Program-made: the position numbers and the translations under genes
Notes under the pieces: generated by a model
Database searches by the model: none
What the model was told of the DNA's origin: nothing
The model's input: the letters and a program-made list of their open reading frames with translations, nothing else
DNA from: Candidatus Limnocylindria bacterium
Lineage (GTDB): Bacteria; Chloroflexota; Limnocylindria; QHBO01
Length of the DNA: 64,000 nucleotides
Direction of reading: 5' to 3'
Assembly: GCA_038233215.1 (NCBI GenBank)
Contig: JBBSML010000007.1
Location: forward strand, 21,002-85,001
Part shown: piece after piece, positions 9,040-18,920 of the stretch
Layout: each line of letters opens with the position of its first letter
Numbering within the stretch: position 1 is the first letter of the stretch

Positions 9040-12000
9040 TCAGGAGCGGCCCACGGAGAGGCTCAGTACGGCGCCCTCGAGCTCGAGGTTCTCGGTACCG
9101 GTCGCGTGGGGAATCACGGCGTCGGACGCGAGCTCCACCGAGTCCGCCAGCAGTTCATCCGCCAGCCATTCACGATGGGGCAACAGACGCTCGATCGTTC
9201 CCGGGTCAGCTGCAATCGCGACTCGTACTCGGTCGCTGATCTCGTGGCCGGCGGTCTTGCGCATTGCCTGCAGCCGGTGGGCAACCTCACGCGCCAGGCC
9301 CTCGGCGGTGAGCTCATCATCCAGCATGGTGTCGAGCGCCACGAGCAGGTCGCCGTCCTCCGCCACCTCATGTCCCGGGCGCCCTCGCGCGGTGAGCTGA
9401 AATTCATCGGCCCGAAGCGTGACGTCCCCGACGGTTGCGGTGCCGTCATCATTGGCCCGCCAGTTCCCGGAGCGCACACCGTCCATGATCGCGCCGACCG
9501 CCGCGCCGTGCCTGGGGCCGATGACCGGCAACAGCGGGTACAGCGAGCGCTCCACCAGCTCCGATTCATCGGGGATGAGCTCGATCTCGCGAACATTGAG
9601 CTCCTCGCGAATCTGCTGCCGCATGTCGGCATCGAGCTCCGCGCCGCTCCCGAAGCCGTCGATCCCGGCCGGCAGCTTGACCCGGACGGTTCGCAGGGGC
9701 TGTCGCGTCCGTACCGCCGACGCCGAACGCGTCGCCCTCCCGAGCGCAACTGTGCGGCGCGCGAGATCCACCGCGGCGTCCACTGAACCGTCGGCGCGCC
9801 CGGCAACGCGCTGCGGGAAATCGGCCAGATGGACGCTGTCGGGAGCGTCCGGGGTCACCGCCACGACGAGGTTCTCCCAGATGGCGTCCGCGAGATGCGG
9901 CACGAACGGCGCGATCAGGCGCGTGACCGTCGCAAGCACCTCGTGCAGCGTCGCGTACGCCGCTCGCTTGTCGGCATCGAGCTCGCCCTTCCAGAAACGA
10001 CGCCGATTGCGTCGCACGTACCAGTTGGACAGGTCGCCGACGAACGCCTCGATCTCGCGCGCCGCCCGTATCGGCTCATAACCGTCGAGCGACTCCCGTA
10101 CCTCCCCGACGAGTCCGTCGAGGCGCGACAGGATCCACGTGTCGAGCAGCGTGCGCGCCTCGTCGACGCCATCGGTCTGGTCAGGCGTCCAGCCGTCGAG
10201 CCGCGCATAGGTGATGAAGAATCCGTACGTGTTCCAGAGCGGCAGGAAGAAGCGTCGCACCACTTCGTGACCAGGCCCGTACCCGAAGTTGATGTTCGTC
10301 GCGGGGTTCGCCGCCGCGAACATCCAGCGCATGACATCGGCACCGATCTGGTCCGCCGCCTCCTCGAACGCGATCGAGTTGCCCTTCGACTTGTGCATCT
10401 CCTCGCCGTGCTCATCGCGCATGAGCGCGTAGGCAAACAGCGTTCGTGACGGTGCCTGGCCGGTCATCACCGTGCTCATGGTGAGCAGCGCGTAGAACCA
10501 GTTGCGGAACTGGCCGGGAAAGGACTCGGTGACGAGGTCGGCCGGATACCACTTCTTCCAGTAGTCCCGGTCGGAGTTCCACCTCAGCGTCGAAAGCCCC
10601 ACGATGCCGGCGTCGAGCCACGGATTGCCGACGTCCGTCGTCCGACGTGACACCCCGCCGCACGAAGCACAGGCGATCTCGACCCCGTCCACCCATGGGC
10701 GATGCGGTGAATGCCCCTCGAAGGCGTCCCAGCCCGCCACGGCGCGTTCGCGCAGCTCCTCCTTCGAGCCGATCACCTCCCAGCCGTCGCAGTTGCTGCA
10801 CTCCCAGATGGGAAGCGCCAGCCCGTAGTAGCGCTTCTTGCTGATCATCCAATCGTCCATGTTGCGCAGCCAGTCGAGCTCGCGCTCCCCGAGGCCGATC
10901 CCTTCGGGCAGCCAGGTCATGGATCGCGTCGAGGCGCTGATCGGCTCGCGCAGGGGGTCCATCGAGATGAACCACTCATCCACCAGCCGGAAGAGGAGCT
11001 GCGTGCCGCACCGCCAGCAGACCGGGTAGCTGTGCAGGTAGCTCTCCTTCGCCACCAGGACGCCTCTGCGGTCCAGGTCCGCGGCGATGTCGCGGGCGAG
11101 GTCCTGGCTGGCATCCTCGGTCGCGCCCGCATATCGGCCGCTCTGCCATCCGTAGCCAGCCCGGAAGACCCCGAACTGGTCGATGGGGTCGAGGACGGGC
11201 AGGTCGTGGACCTTCGAGAGGGCGAAGTCCTCCTGTCCACATCCGGGGGCGATATGCACGATCCCGGTACCCTCGGCGTCGGACACCTCGTTCCACGGAA
11301 TGACGCGGTGCTCCACGCCGGCCGCGATTGGAAAGTCGTCGAACGGGGCATCGTAGGTCAGGCCGATGAGCTCCTCCCCCCGCACCTCGCTGAGAACCTC
11401 GGCGTCGCGGGCCACGCGGGCGCGGGAGCCGGCGCTCACCCAGCCGCGGCGCCCGTCGATCTCCACCAGCTGATAGACGAGCTCGGGATGCACTGCGGCG
11501 GCAACGTTGCTGGACAGGGTCCACGGCGTGGTCGTCCAGACGAGGAGATCCTCGCCCTGGTGATCCTCACTGGTGAGCGAGAAGCGCACCGTGACCGACA
11601 GGTGGCGCAGGTCGCGGTAGCCCTCGGTCGCGATCTCCATGTTCGACAGCCCGGTCCCGCAGCGCGGGCACCACGGCATGACGTCGTGCCCCTTGCGCAG
11701 CAGGCCACGGCGGTGACATTCAGCCAGGAACGCCCAGATCGTGTAGTTGTTCTCGTCCGAGTTGGTGAAATAGCTGTTGTCCCAGTCCATCCAGTAGCCG
11801 AGCCGCTTACTCTGCTCGGTCTGAATGGCTGCAAACTTCGCAACGCGCGCCTTGCACAGCTCGACGAAGCGATCGATCCCGTACGCCTCAATCCCCTGCT
11901 TGTTGTTGAGCCCCAGCTGCTTCTCCACCTCAACCTCGATCCAGAGGCCCTGGCAGTCGAACCCGTTCTGGTAGCGCTGCTTCTCGCCGAGCATGGTGTG

Positions 12001-12225
12001 GTAGCGCTGGAACAGGTCCTTGTAGGTCCGGCCCCAAGCGTGATGCACGCCCATCGGATTGTTCGCGGTGATCGGCCCGTCGATGAAGCTGAATCGTCGA
12101 TCGGAGCTGTCGTTGCGCGCGAGGTAGCGCGCCATCGTGTCGCGCTCGCGCCAGCGCTCGATGACCTCTCGCTCGAGCGCCGGGACCTCCAGCTCCTTCG
12201 TTACCGGTCTGAACAACCTGCTCAC
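9040..12225 (-). CDS. ileS: Isoleucyl-tRNA synthetase
   Basis: HHAWG (HIGH-like), KSKGNS (KMSKS), editing domain. Likely GTG start at 12225 after an AGGAG SD; the ORF-track N-terminus is translated leader. Confidence 0.85.
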   Translation of the reverse strand: MSRLFRPVTKELEVPALEREVIERWRERDTMARYLARNDSSDRRFSFIDGPITANNPMGVHHAWGRTYKDLFQRYHTMLGEKQRYQNGFDCQGLWIEVEVEKQLGLNNKQGIEAYGIDRFVELCKARVAKFAAIQTEQSKRLGYWMDWDNSYFTNSDENNYTIWAFLAECHRRGLLRKGHDVMPWCPRCGTGLSNMEIATEGYRDLRHLSVTVRFSLTSEDHQGEDLLVWTTTPWTLSSNVAAAVHPELVYQLVEIDGRRGWVSAGSRARVARDAEVLSEVRGEELIGLTYDAPFDDFPIAAGVEHRVIPWNEVSDAEGTGIVHIAPGCGQEDFALSKVHDLPVLDPIDQFGVFRAGYGWQSGRYAGATEDASQDLARDIAADLDRRGVLVAKESYLHSYPVCWRCGTQLLFRLVDEWFISMDPLREPISASTRSMTWLPEGIGLGERELDWLRNMDDWMISKKRYYGLALPIWECSNCDGWEVIGSKEELRERAVAGWDAFEGHSPHRPWVDGVEIACASCGGVSRRTTDVGNPWLDAGIVGLSTLRWNSDRDYWKKWYPADLVTESFPGQFRNWFYALLTMSTVMTGQAPSRTLFAYALMRDEHGEEMHKSKGNSIAFEEAADQIGADVMRWMFAAANPATNINFGYGPGHEVVRRFFLPLWNTYGFFITYARLDGWTPDQTDGVDEARTLLDTWILSRLDGLVGEVRESLDGYEPIRAAREIEAFVGDLSNWYVRRNRRRFWKGELDADKRAAYATLHEVLATVTRLIAPFVPHLADAIWENLVVAVTPDAPDSVHLADFPQRVAGRADGSVDAAVDLARRTVALGRATRSASAVRTRQPLRTVRVKLPAGIDGFGSGAELDADMRQQIREELNVREIELIPDESELVERSLYPLLPVIGPRHGAAVGAIMDGVRSGNWRANDDGTATVGDVTLRADEFQLTARGRPGHEVAEDGDLLVALDTMLDDELTAEGLAREVAHRLQAMRKTAGHEISDRVRVAIAADPGTIERLLPHREWLADELLADSVELASDAVIPHATGTENLELEGAVLSLSVGRS

Positions 12226-12365
12226 CGCTCCTGACAACAACGAACCCGCCCCGGAACTCCGGGACGGGAAGCTCTCCCGCGGTACCACCCGCACGTACCG
12301 ATCCACCACCCGGATCGATCCACCGTTGGTTGCCGATCGTGCCAGCCGACCGCCGGAGTGTCAAT
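12226..12365 (-). promoter_or_regulatory. Candidate T-box leader upstream of ileS
   Basis: Minus-strand RNA contains CGGGUGGUACCGCGGG (T-box consensus AGGGUGGNACCGCG) followed by the hairpin CCCGUCCCGGAGUUCCGGGGCGGG and then the SD AGGAG. Confidence 0.55.
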
Positions 12366-13427
12366 TCAGCCGAGCAGGGCCCGCCCCACGAAGACGGTCG
12401 CCGCCAGGCCACCGGCCACCACCACGGCCACCAGCCGGGGCCACCAGACACGTGCCATGATCGCGCCCACCGTCGTCGCCGGGCCGCCCAGCACGAGCGC
12501 GAGGGCGGTGAGGCGCCCAAGGTCCGTTGCTGGCTGCGGCATCCGGTCCTGAGCGGCGGCGATGCCCCAGACGATCCCAGCGCCGAGTAGCGGCAGGACC
12601 AGGAGCCCGGCGCTGGGGGCCGGCCGTCGCGCCCATGCGGGACGTCGCAGCCCTGGCCGTCGCCCCCGATGCACCCCAACGTGAGGCGGCTCTGCTTCCC
12701 GTTCGGCCGCCTCGGGGGAGAGCTGCGCATCCGTCCGTGCGGCAGCGGCTGCCGCGGCCTCGGCCAACTCCGCGGCCACTCGGCGCTCGAACGTTGCCCG
12801 CTCAATGCCGGTCATGAATTCCGGCGCGACCTCGGACGAGCCGTCCGACTCTCCTGCCCTCTCGTCCGGCGGCGACTCGCGGATGAGCGCCTCCAGCCGC
12901 TGCCGGGCCCGGGCGGCACGCGACAGGGCGTCGAGCAGCGCGTCTTCGTCCGCGGCCGCGATGGCCAGCCGCCCGCGTTCGGTCGGCACGAGGATGGCGG
13001 TCGCAGTCGCCGCCAGGCGCACGACTTCGACAGCCTCTTCGTCACGCAGTCGACCGGCGCCGAGCTGCCACGGCAGGAACGTCGGTGCGGCCCGCAACCG
13101 CGATGCGGTCTCGCCTCGCAGCCGAACACGCGTGACCGGGCCGGGACTGAGCGGATAGATCCGCTCACCGCCCAGCCATGCCAGGCAGACCGCGGCTTCC
13201 TCGATCTCTAGCCTGACGCTGAGCAGGACGACCGCGCCGGCCAGCGACATCAGGAAGACGGTGGCGCCCAGGCCGGCGACGACCAGACCCGTGATGTCGG
13301 GCACCAGCAGCAGCCCGCCCGCCATCATGGCGACGCTCAGCAGCAACCCGAACATCGGTAGCGCCAACAGGCGCGGGAGCGAGCGAGAGAGTCGGATGCG
13401 GGCGATCGGCGGGACGCGGTTCGACAT
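12366..13427 (-). CDS. Membrane protein with a bacterial PH-like (bPH_2/YdbT-like) domain; function unknown
   Basis: Two N-terminal TM helices, a central soluble Ala/Glu-rich region, and C-terminal TM helices; likely start MSNRVPP. Confidence 0.45.
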   Translation of the reverse strand: MSNRVPPIARIRLSRSLPRLLALPMFGLLLSVAMMAGGLLLVPDITGLVVAGLGATVFLMSLAGAVVLLSVRLEIEEAAVCLAWLGGERIYPLSPGPVTRVRLRGETASRLRAAPTFLPWQLGAGRLRDEEAVEVVRLAATATAILVPTERGRLAIAAADEDALLDALSRAARARQRLEALIRESPPDERAGESDGSSEVAPEFMTGIERATFERRVAAELAEAAAAAAARTDAQLSPEAAEREAEPPHVGVHRGRRPGLRRPAWARRPAPSAGLLVLPLLGAGIVWGIAAAQDRMPQPATDLGRLTALALVLGGPATTVGAIMARVWWPRLVAVVVAGGLAATVFVGRALLG

Positions 13428-13432
13428 CGGCC

Positions 13433-15097
13433 TCAGACCTTCTCGGTGACCTTGTACTCCAGGTAGCGCCCGGTCAGCAGGCGAGTCTGGGCATCCAGCG
13501 CCGGCACCATGCTGAATATGATCCCGACGAACGGCAGCCCGATCCATTGCACGTAGCTGATCGCTCGTTGCAGCCAGCCCCACTCGGCTGGTCGTGGCGG
13601 GACGATCCGATGCTCGACCACGATCAGCACCGCGAGACTCACGATCGCCGTGGTGAGCATGGCACTCGCGTAGAGCGGCAGGTTCTGGCCGAGCGTCGTC
13701 TCGCCGAAGGCCGGGTTGATCAGCAGCGGAACGGTCGCGCCAAACGTCAGCACGAACGGCGTGATCGCCCAGTTGATGTGCTCACTGAACAGGTTGAGAA
13801 CGCGCCAGGAGCGTGACGTCCACGGAATTTCAGCATGCCTGACCGCGTTGTCGATCACGAATGGGATATCGGTGACGCCCCATGCCCAGCGCCGCGCCTG
13901 AAGGTATTGCTCCGCCATGCTGCGCCAGTATCCGCGGGCACGAACCGCATCCCCGTAGATCGGGATGAAGAGCGGAACGGCCCGGAATCGGTCGCCGTAC
14001 CGGAAGTAGCTCTTCCAGTAGAAGCGGCTGTCCTCCGGAATGGCATCCGTTGCCCAGTAGCCGACGTCGTGGACCAGGTGCAGTGTCGTGGAGTACGACC
14101 CGAAGCTCTGGAGCTTCTCCGGCAGGACGCTGCGCCACATCTGGAGCTGCGTCAGCACTGCCGCAAAGAGGCGCTGGAGCATCGGCGCCTCCCAGATGTT
14201 GTTGTGGAAGTACGGGATCGGCTGATAGAGCTGGGTCTCTCGATTTGGATCCGTCAGATGGACCCAGCTCAGGTAGGCGAAGTACTGCGGATGGACCCGG
14301 TAATCGGCATCGAGGTCGGTGAGGATGATCCGATGCGGATCCATGCCCCGCTCGCGCACCAGCATCCGATAGAGGTAGCGCCCGCCCCATGCCATGGCGC
14401 TGCTCTTGCCGACCACGATCCCCGGCTCGAGCGGATCGAGGATGTGGATGAACTCGGCGAACGCGTCGCCGAACTCATCCTGGAGGGTCCGGACACTGGC
14501 GATCCCGCCTTCGTCGGTCTCCCTGGTGATGATCGCGCAGATCTTGCGCTCAGAGGGCCAGTGCGCCTCGGCCAGAGCGCGGACCGTCAGGCGCAGCTTC
14601 TCCAACGACTCGGTGTAGGTCGGAATGAGCGCCAAATGGACCAGGTCGTTGGCGGATGGCGGCGGTGTAGGCAGGGATTCGACCGTTCGCAGCTCGTCGA
14701 GCTCACGCCGAAGGCGGCGGCGCTGGGCACCGCTGGGCTGCGCCATGGCATTCACACCGAGCGCCCCGCGTGGAGCGTCAGATCCGACCGCGACGAGCCG
14801 GGCCTCGAGTGCCGCTCGTCGTGAAGCTGTGTCCTCCAAACCGGTGAGTCGCTCAACCCAGTCGATGGCGGCCACGTCACGTATGCGGCCGAACGCGACG
14901 ATCACCGCACCGCTGAACCAGAGCGCCCGGCACAACCAGTAGAAGTCGAAACTGAGGACGAAGTACGCGACCAGCCACGGGTAGCTGAAGCTCAGCCAGA
15001 GCGGAAGGATCAGGATGGCCCACGAGATGGTGCCGGGGACCATTTCGAGCAATCGTCCGAGCCAGCGCAGGCGTTCGGGATCGGGGGTGGTGGTCAT
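13433..15097 (-). CDS. Processive family-2 glycosyltransferase (cellulose/chitin-synthase-like), integral membrane
   Basis: TDLDAD (DxD) and QARRWAWG (QxxRW) motifs between N- and C-terminal TM helix bundles. Confidence 0.55.
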   Translation of the reverse strand: MTTTPDPERLRWLGRLLEMVPGTISWAILILPLWLSFSYPWLVAYFVLSFDFYWLCRALWFSGAVIVAFGRIRDVAAIDWVERLTGLEDTASRRAALEARLVAVGSDAPRGALGVNAMAQPSGAQRRRLRRELDELRTVESLPTPPPSANDLVHLALIPTYTESLEKLRLTVRALAEAHWPSERKICAIITRETDEGGIASVRTLQDEFGDAFAEFIHILDPLEPGIVVGKSSAMAWGGRYLYRMLVRERGMDPHRIILTDLDADYRVHPQYFAYLSWVHLTDPNRETQLYQPIPYFHNNIWEAPMLQRLFAAVLTQLQMWRSVLPEKLQSFGSYSTTLHLVHDVGYWATDAIPEDSRFYWKSYFRYGDRFRAVPLFIPIYGDAVRARGYWRSMAEQYLQARRWAWGVTDIPFVIDNAVRHAEIPWTSRSWRVLNLFSEHINWAITPFVLTFGATVPLLINPAFGETTLGQNLPLYASAMLTTAIVSLAVLIVVEHRIVPPRPAEWGWLQRAISYVQWIGLPFVGIIFSMVPALDAQTRLLTGRYLEYKVTEKV

Positions 15098-15151
15098 CGT
15101 CGATGAGGGCCGCGCAGCCGGCCGCGGCGGACCAGCCGTCGCGACGTGACC

Positions 15152-16114
15152 CTAGAAGACCGGCGTCAGCCAGCTGCGGTAGGCTGGCAACCGGCCGCGA
15201 ACCGCGTCGAAGTAGATCCGGGACAGGTCCTTCGTGATGCTGCCCGGACGTCCGGAGCCGATGCTTCGCCGATCGATCTCGATGACCGGGCTGATCTGCG
15301 CTCCGGTGCCGCACAGGAACACCTCGTCCGCGCCGTACAGCTCGGTGCGGTCGATCGAACGTTCGACGACTTCGATCCCGAGCTCGTCGCCGGCGATCTC
15401 GATCATTCGTCCACGGGTGATCCCCTCGAGGATGTTATCGGTCACCGGTGGTGTGATGAGAACGCGCCGCTTGACCATGAACAGGTTCTCGGCACTTCCC
15501 TCGCTGACGTGCCCGTCGGCGGTCAGCACGATCGCCTCATCGAAGCCGTTGAGCTGCGCCTCGCTCTTGGACAGCGCACCGTTGATGTAGGCGCCGGTGA
15601 TCTTGCCGCGTGCCGGAATGGCATTGTCGTCAACGCGACGCCAGCTGCTGACCTGGGCCCGGATGCCGCCCTCGGTGTCGATGTACTGGCCGAACGGAAC
15701 CGCGAAGATGGTGATGTCGGCATCGAGATTGTGCAGCCGAACACCGATCGTCTCCGAGCTCTTGTAGACAATTGGTCGCACGTAGACGTCCTCGCGCAGG
15801 CCGTCCCGGCGGAGCAATTCGAGCGTGATCTCCGCGAGCTCCTCCGGAGACTGAGGGATCTCCATCATCAGCAGTCGCGCCGAGGCCTGGATGCGGCGGT
15901 AGTGCGGCACGAGCTCGAGCGCGAAGAGCTGCTCTTCGTCCGCGTTCCAGTACGCTCGGATACCCTCGAAGACCGCCGTGCCGTAGTTGAAGCCGTGCGT
16001 CATCACGTTGATGTTGGCGTCGCGCAACGGCACGTATTCGCCACGGAAGTACGCCCACAGCTCGGTCGTGGGCTCGATGGCCGCTGTGTGCGGGTCGGTC
16101 TCCTGCTTCAACAA
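15152..16114 (-). CDS. ilvE: Branched-chain amino acid aminotransferase (class IV)
   Basis: GFNYGTAVFEGIRAY and EGSAENLFMV motifs; 320 aa. Confidence 0.85.
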   Translation of the reverse strand: MLKQETDPHTAAIEPTTELWAYFRGEYVPLRDANINVMTHGFNYGTAVFEGIRAYWNADEEQLFALELVPHYRRIQASARLLMMEIPQSPEELAEITLELLRRDGLREDVYVRPIVYKSSETIGVRLHNLDADITIFAVPFGQYIDTEGGIRAQVSSWRRVDDNAIPARGKITGAYINGALSKSEAQLNGFDEAIVLTADGHVSEGSAENLFMVKRRVLITPPVTDNILEGITRGRMIEIAGDELGIEVVERSIDRTELYGADEVFLCGTGAQISPVIEIDRRSIGSGRPGSITKDLSRIYFDAVRGRLPAYRSWLTPVF

Positions 16115-16220
16115 GGCTGCCTCCTATGCTCAGACGCGCGAACGCGACGCCGACGCATCGGCACCCGAAAGTATAGCCGCGACCATTACGCACCCGCCTC
16201 CGGCCGGGTGGCGCACGCGA

Positions 16221-17339
16221 TCAGTGAACGGGCGACGCGGAGGTTCCCAGGTCGGTGAAGAGCGCAAGGTAGATGTACACGAGATAGAGCGGGCCGCCGA
16301 TGAGCAGGGCCCAGGCGCTCAGCTTGCTTCGTAGGATCATGCCGCCAAAGATGAGGATAGTGGCCAGGAAGGCGACCCCGGCCGAGGCGAAGTAGATCGC
16401 GCTGCCGGGCGCGAACGTCCACGACGTGAAGAGCAGGCCGAGCACGGTGGGCAGGCAGCTCTGGAAGACCATGGCGCCGGTGATATTGCCCATCGCCAGG
16501 GTGTCCTTGCCATTTCGCACCCAGAGCACGCTGTTGAACTTCTCCGGCAGCTCGGTTGCGATCGGCGCGATGATCAGGGCAAGGATCGTCGGGTCCAGGC
16601 CGATGACCTCTGACAGGTGCTCGACCGCGCCGACGAAGACCTGCGCGCCCACGATGATCAGGCCGAGGGCCAGGATGACCTGTCCGATCACGATCGCCAT
16701 GCGCGGTTCGCCGCCGGTCACGGAATGCGCGCCGGGCAGCACATCGATCTCGAGCATGCGGTCCGTATTCAGCGGTGCCACCCGGGTCAGGTGAAGCTTG
16801 TTGAGCGCTTCGGGATCGCTCTCCTCGGCAGTGTCGGTGAAATGGAGGCGCACATACACCGCGTAGAGCAGGAACAGAAATCCGGCGGCGACCCACTTCA
16901 GCCACGCCAGCTCCTGCGGCAGAAACGCGGTGCCGATCGCGACCCCATAGCCAACGATGAAGAAGCCGACGTCGCGCCCAAGCACCTTGGTGTTGACTCT
17001 CATGGCGGTGGTGCGCCGCCCGCGTCTGCTGAAGATGACGATCGCGGTACCGGTGACGAACATGGCCAGGGTCGAGAGCATGAACGGTGCTCCCAGGATG
17101 GCGCCCACGCCAACCGCCTGAGAGCTCTCCGAAGCGGTGCCGCCCAGCAGCACCGGCCCCAGGATGGCGATGACCGGAATGAGCGTCTCGGGCATGGCCG
17201 TCGCGACGGCTGCCAGGACGCTCCCGACAGCCCCCTCAGCCAGCTTGAGCTTATGCCCCAGCCATTCGATGCCATTGGTGAACAGCTCGGCCGCGATCAG
17301 GATGATCGCGAGCGAGCCGATGAGCAAAACGATGTCCAC
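16221..17339 (-). CDS. Ca2+/cation antiporter, CaCA family (YrbG-like)
   Basis: Two repeated TM modules with an alpha-repeat GNITGAMVF-type motif separated by an acidic loop. Confidence 0.7.
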   Translation of the reverse strand: MDIVLLIGSLAIILIAAELFTNGIEWLGHKLKLAEGAVGSVLAAVATAMPETLIPVIAILGPVLLGGTASESSQAVGVGAILGAPFMLSTLAMFVTGTAIVIFSRRGRRTTAMRVNTKVLGRDVGFFIVGYGVAIGTAFLPQELAWLKWVAAGFLFLLYAVYVRLHFTDTAEESDPEALNKLHLTRVAPLNTDRMLEIDVLPGAHSVTGGEPRMAIVIGQVILALGLIIVGAQVFVGAVEHLSEVIGLDPTILALIIAPIATELPEKFNSVLWVRNGKDTLAMGNITGAMVFQSCLPTVLGLLFTSWTFAPGSAIYFASAGVAFLATILIFGGMILRSKLSAWALLIGGPLYLVYIYLALFTDLGTSASPVH

Positions 17340-17354
17340 CAGGTGTGCTTCTCG

Positions 17355-17624
17355 TTACGGCCGAAGGTGCTGCGGCGCGTACGGCAGGAGTGATACGTGG
17401 CGGGCGCGCTTCAGCGCCGTGGTCAGCATTCGCTGGTGACGCGCGCAGGTGCCCGTCTTGCGCCGCGGCTCGATCTTCGCTCGCTCGCTCAGATATCGGC
17501 GCAGCCGGTTGACCTCTTTGTAATCGATGCTCTCCGCCTTATCGACGCAGAAGTTGCACACCTTGCGTCGCCGGCGGTCTCTGTAGTAGTCCGCCGACTC
17601 GCGGCGGGAGCGTGGGCTGGCCAT
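17355..17624 (-). CDS. rpsR: 30S ribosomal protein S18
   Basis: [43 protein letters not shown]. Confidence 0.9.
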   Translation of the reverse strand: MASPRSRRESADYYRDRRRRKVCNFCVDKAESIDYKEVNRLRRYLSERAKIEPRRKTGTCARHQRMLTTALKRARHVSLLPYAPQHLRP

Positions 17625-17654
17625 GGTCTGAATCGGTCCTCGTGATGTTCGTGT

Positions 17655-18122
17655 CTAGAAGGGAATGTCGTCGACGTCCATCTCCGCGCCGGGCGCGGAG
17701 GAACGCTGGGGCTGGTCGGCTCCACGTGGCTTCACCTGGGGCGGCCCGTCGCCGTAGGCGCCACCGCCACCCGAGCCGCCATCCTCGTCGCGGGGACGCC
17801 GCTCAAGATTGACGACCCGGGCGAACGCGAGCTCGAGGGACGTCCGCTTCTGTCCGTCACGAGCCTCGTACTCGCGCGCGCGCAGCTGCCCCTCCGCATA
17901 GATCTTGTTGCCCTTGCGCAGCTGCTCGGCAAGGCGCTCGGCCACCTGCTCCCAGACACTCACGCGGAACCAGAGCGTCTCCTCGATCCACTCGCCGTCG
18001 GGTCCCTTTCGATTGTCGTTGACCGCAACGCGCAACTCGGTCACGGCCTTCCCGCCGGGCGTGTACCGCAGCTCAGGATCGGCGCCCAGATTGCCGATGA
18101 TCATCAGCTTGTTGAGTGTCAT
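17655..18122 (-). CDS. ssb: Single-stranded DNA-binding protein
   Basis: OB fold (LNKLMIIGNLGADPELRYTPGG), Gly-rich linker, C-terminal DDIPF. Confidence 0.9.
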   Translation of the reverse strand: MTLNKLMIIGNLGADPELRYTPGGKAVTELRVAVNDNRKGPDGEWIEETLWFRVSVWEQVAERLAEQLRKGNKIYAEGQLRAREYEARDGQKRTSLELAFARVVNLERRPRDEDGGSGGGGAYGDGPPQVKPRGADQPQRSSAPGAEMDVDDIPF

Positions 18123-18148
18123 GGCGGCTCCTTACTCATCGGAGGCGG

Positions 18149-18733
18149 TCAACCCCCGGTGCGCTCCTCTTCGGCTGGCTTGGCATCGGCAACTGGCTCG
18201 ACGTCGTCGCTGGACGTGTCCGAAGTGCCGTCGGAAACATCATCACTGGTTTCGTCATCGTTCGACGCATCCGCGGAAGTGCCGTCCTGCGTCGGTGCCT
18301 TGGCGGCCGCTTGGGGCGGCGCGTCCGCGGCCCGGGACGCGTCTCCGTTCGGGCCCGCGTCCTGCTCAGAAAACGCCGCCTCGCCGAGGTCGCGCGCAGC
18401 CGCGGCCGGGGCGAGCTCATCGGCCGTCCCGCGATCCTCGAGGACGGTGACGAGGTGACGCAGGATCTCCTCACTGATCAGCATGCCGCGCTCGATCTCG
18501 CGGACCTGCGACGGCTCGATGTCGAAATGGATGAGGAAGTAGCTCGCATCGCGATGACGCTTGATGTCATACGCCAGGCGTCGCTTGCCCCACGGAGAAA
18601 CCTTGCTGAGGCTGCCACCGGCGTTGACGATGGCCCGGGTGACCTTCTCGACCGCGGCCTGGAGCTTATCGTCCTCCAGGTCAGGGCTGAGGAGAAGCAT
18701 GAGTTCGTAACGGCGCATCGTTGGCGTCGCCAT
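18149..18733 (-). CDS. rpsF: 30S ribosomal protein S6 with an extended acidic C-terminal tail
   Basis: MRRYELMLLLSPDL...WGKRRLAY core, then ~90 aa of D/E/S/T-rich tail. Confidence 0.85.
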   Translation of the reverse strand: MATPTMRRYELMLLLSPDLEDDKLQAAVEKVTRAIVNAGGSLSKVSPWGKRRLAYDIKRHRDASYFLIHFDIEPSQVREIERGMLISEEILRHLVTVLEDRGTADELAPAAAARDLGEAAFSEQDAGPNGDASRAADAPPQAAAKAPTQDGTSADASNDDETSDDVSDGTSDTSSDDVEPVADAKPAEEERTGG

Positions 18734-18920
18734 CCTCTCTCTGGGTTTGCGACGTCGTAGGCGGATACCCGCGACGCAGCAGAAAGGGGTTCAGGTGTTG
18801 AACATGAACCGCGCCCTCCCGGCCGGGAGACGCATGGGCAGTATAGCGATCATCGGCATGACGTGAACGCCGGGTCGTGGCCCGTATACTCGGCATCCAT
18901 TTTGCCACCCTCGGGAGAGC

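Noticed and set aside
10711-12234. 507-aa plus-strand ORF within ileS
   Set aside because: It is antisense to ileS, which has HIGH and KMSKS motifs, and has no motifs of its own.
18790-18812. Shared 10-mer TTCAGGTGTT near the rpsF promoter (18795) and the island xis promoter (30885)
   Set aside because: The identity is too short to exceed chance in 64 kb, and no extended similarity was found around it.
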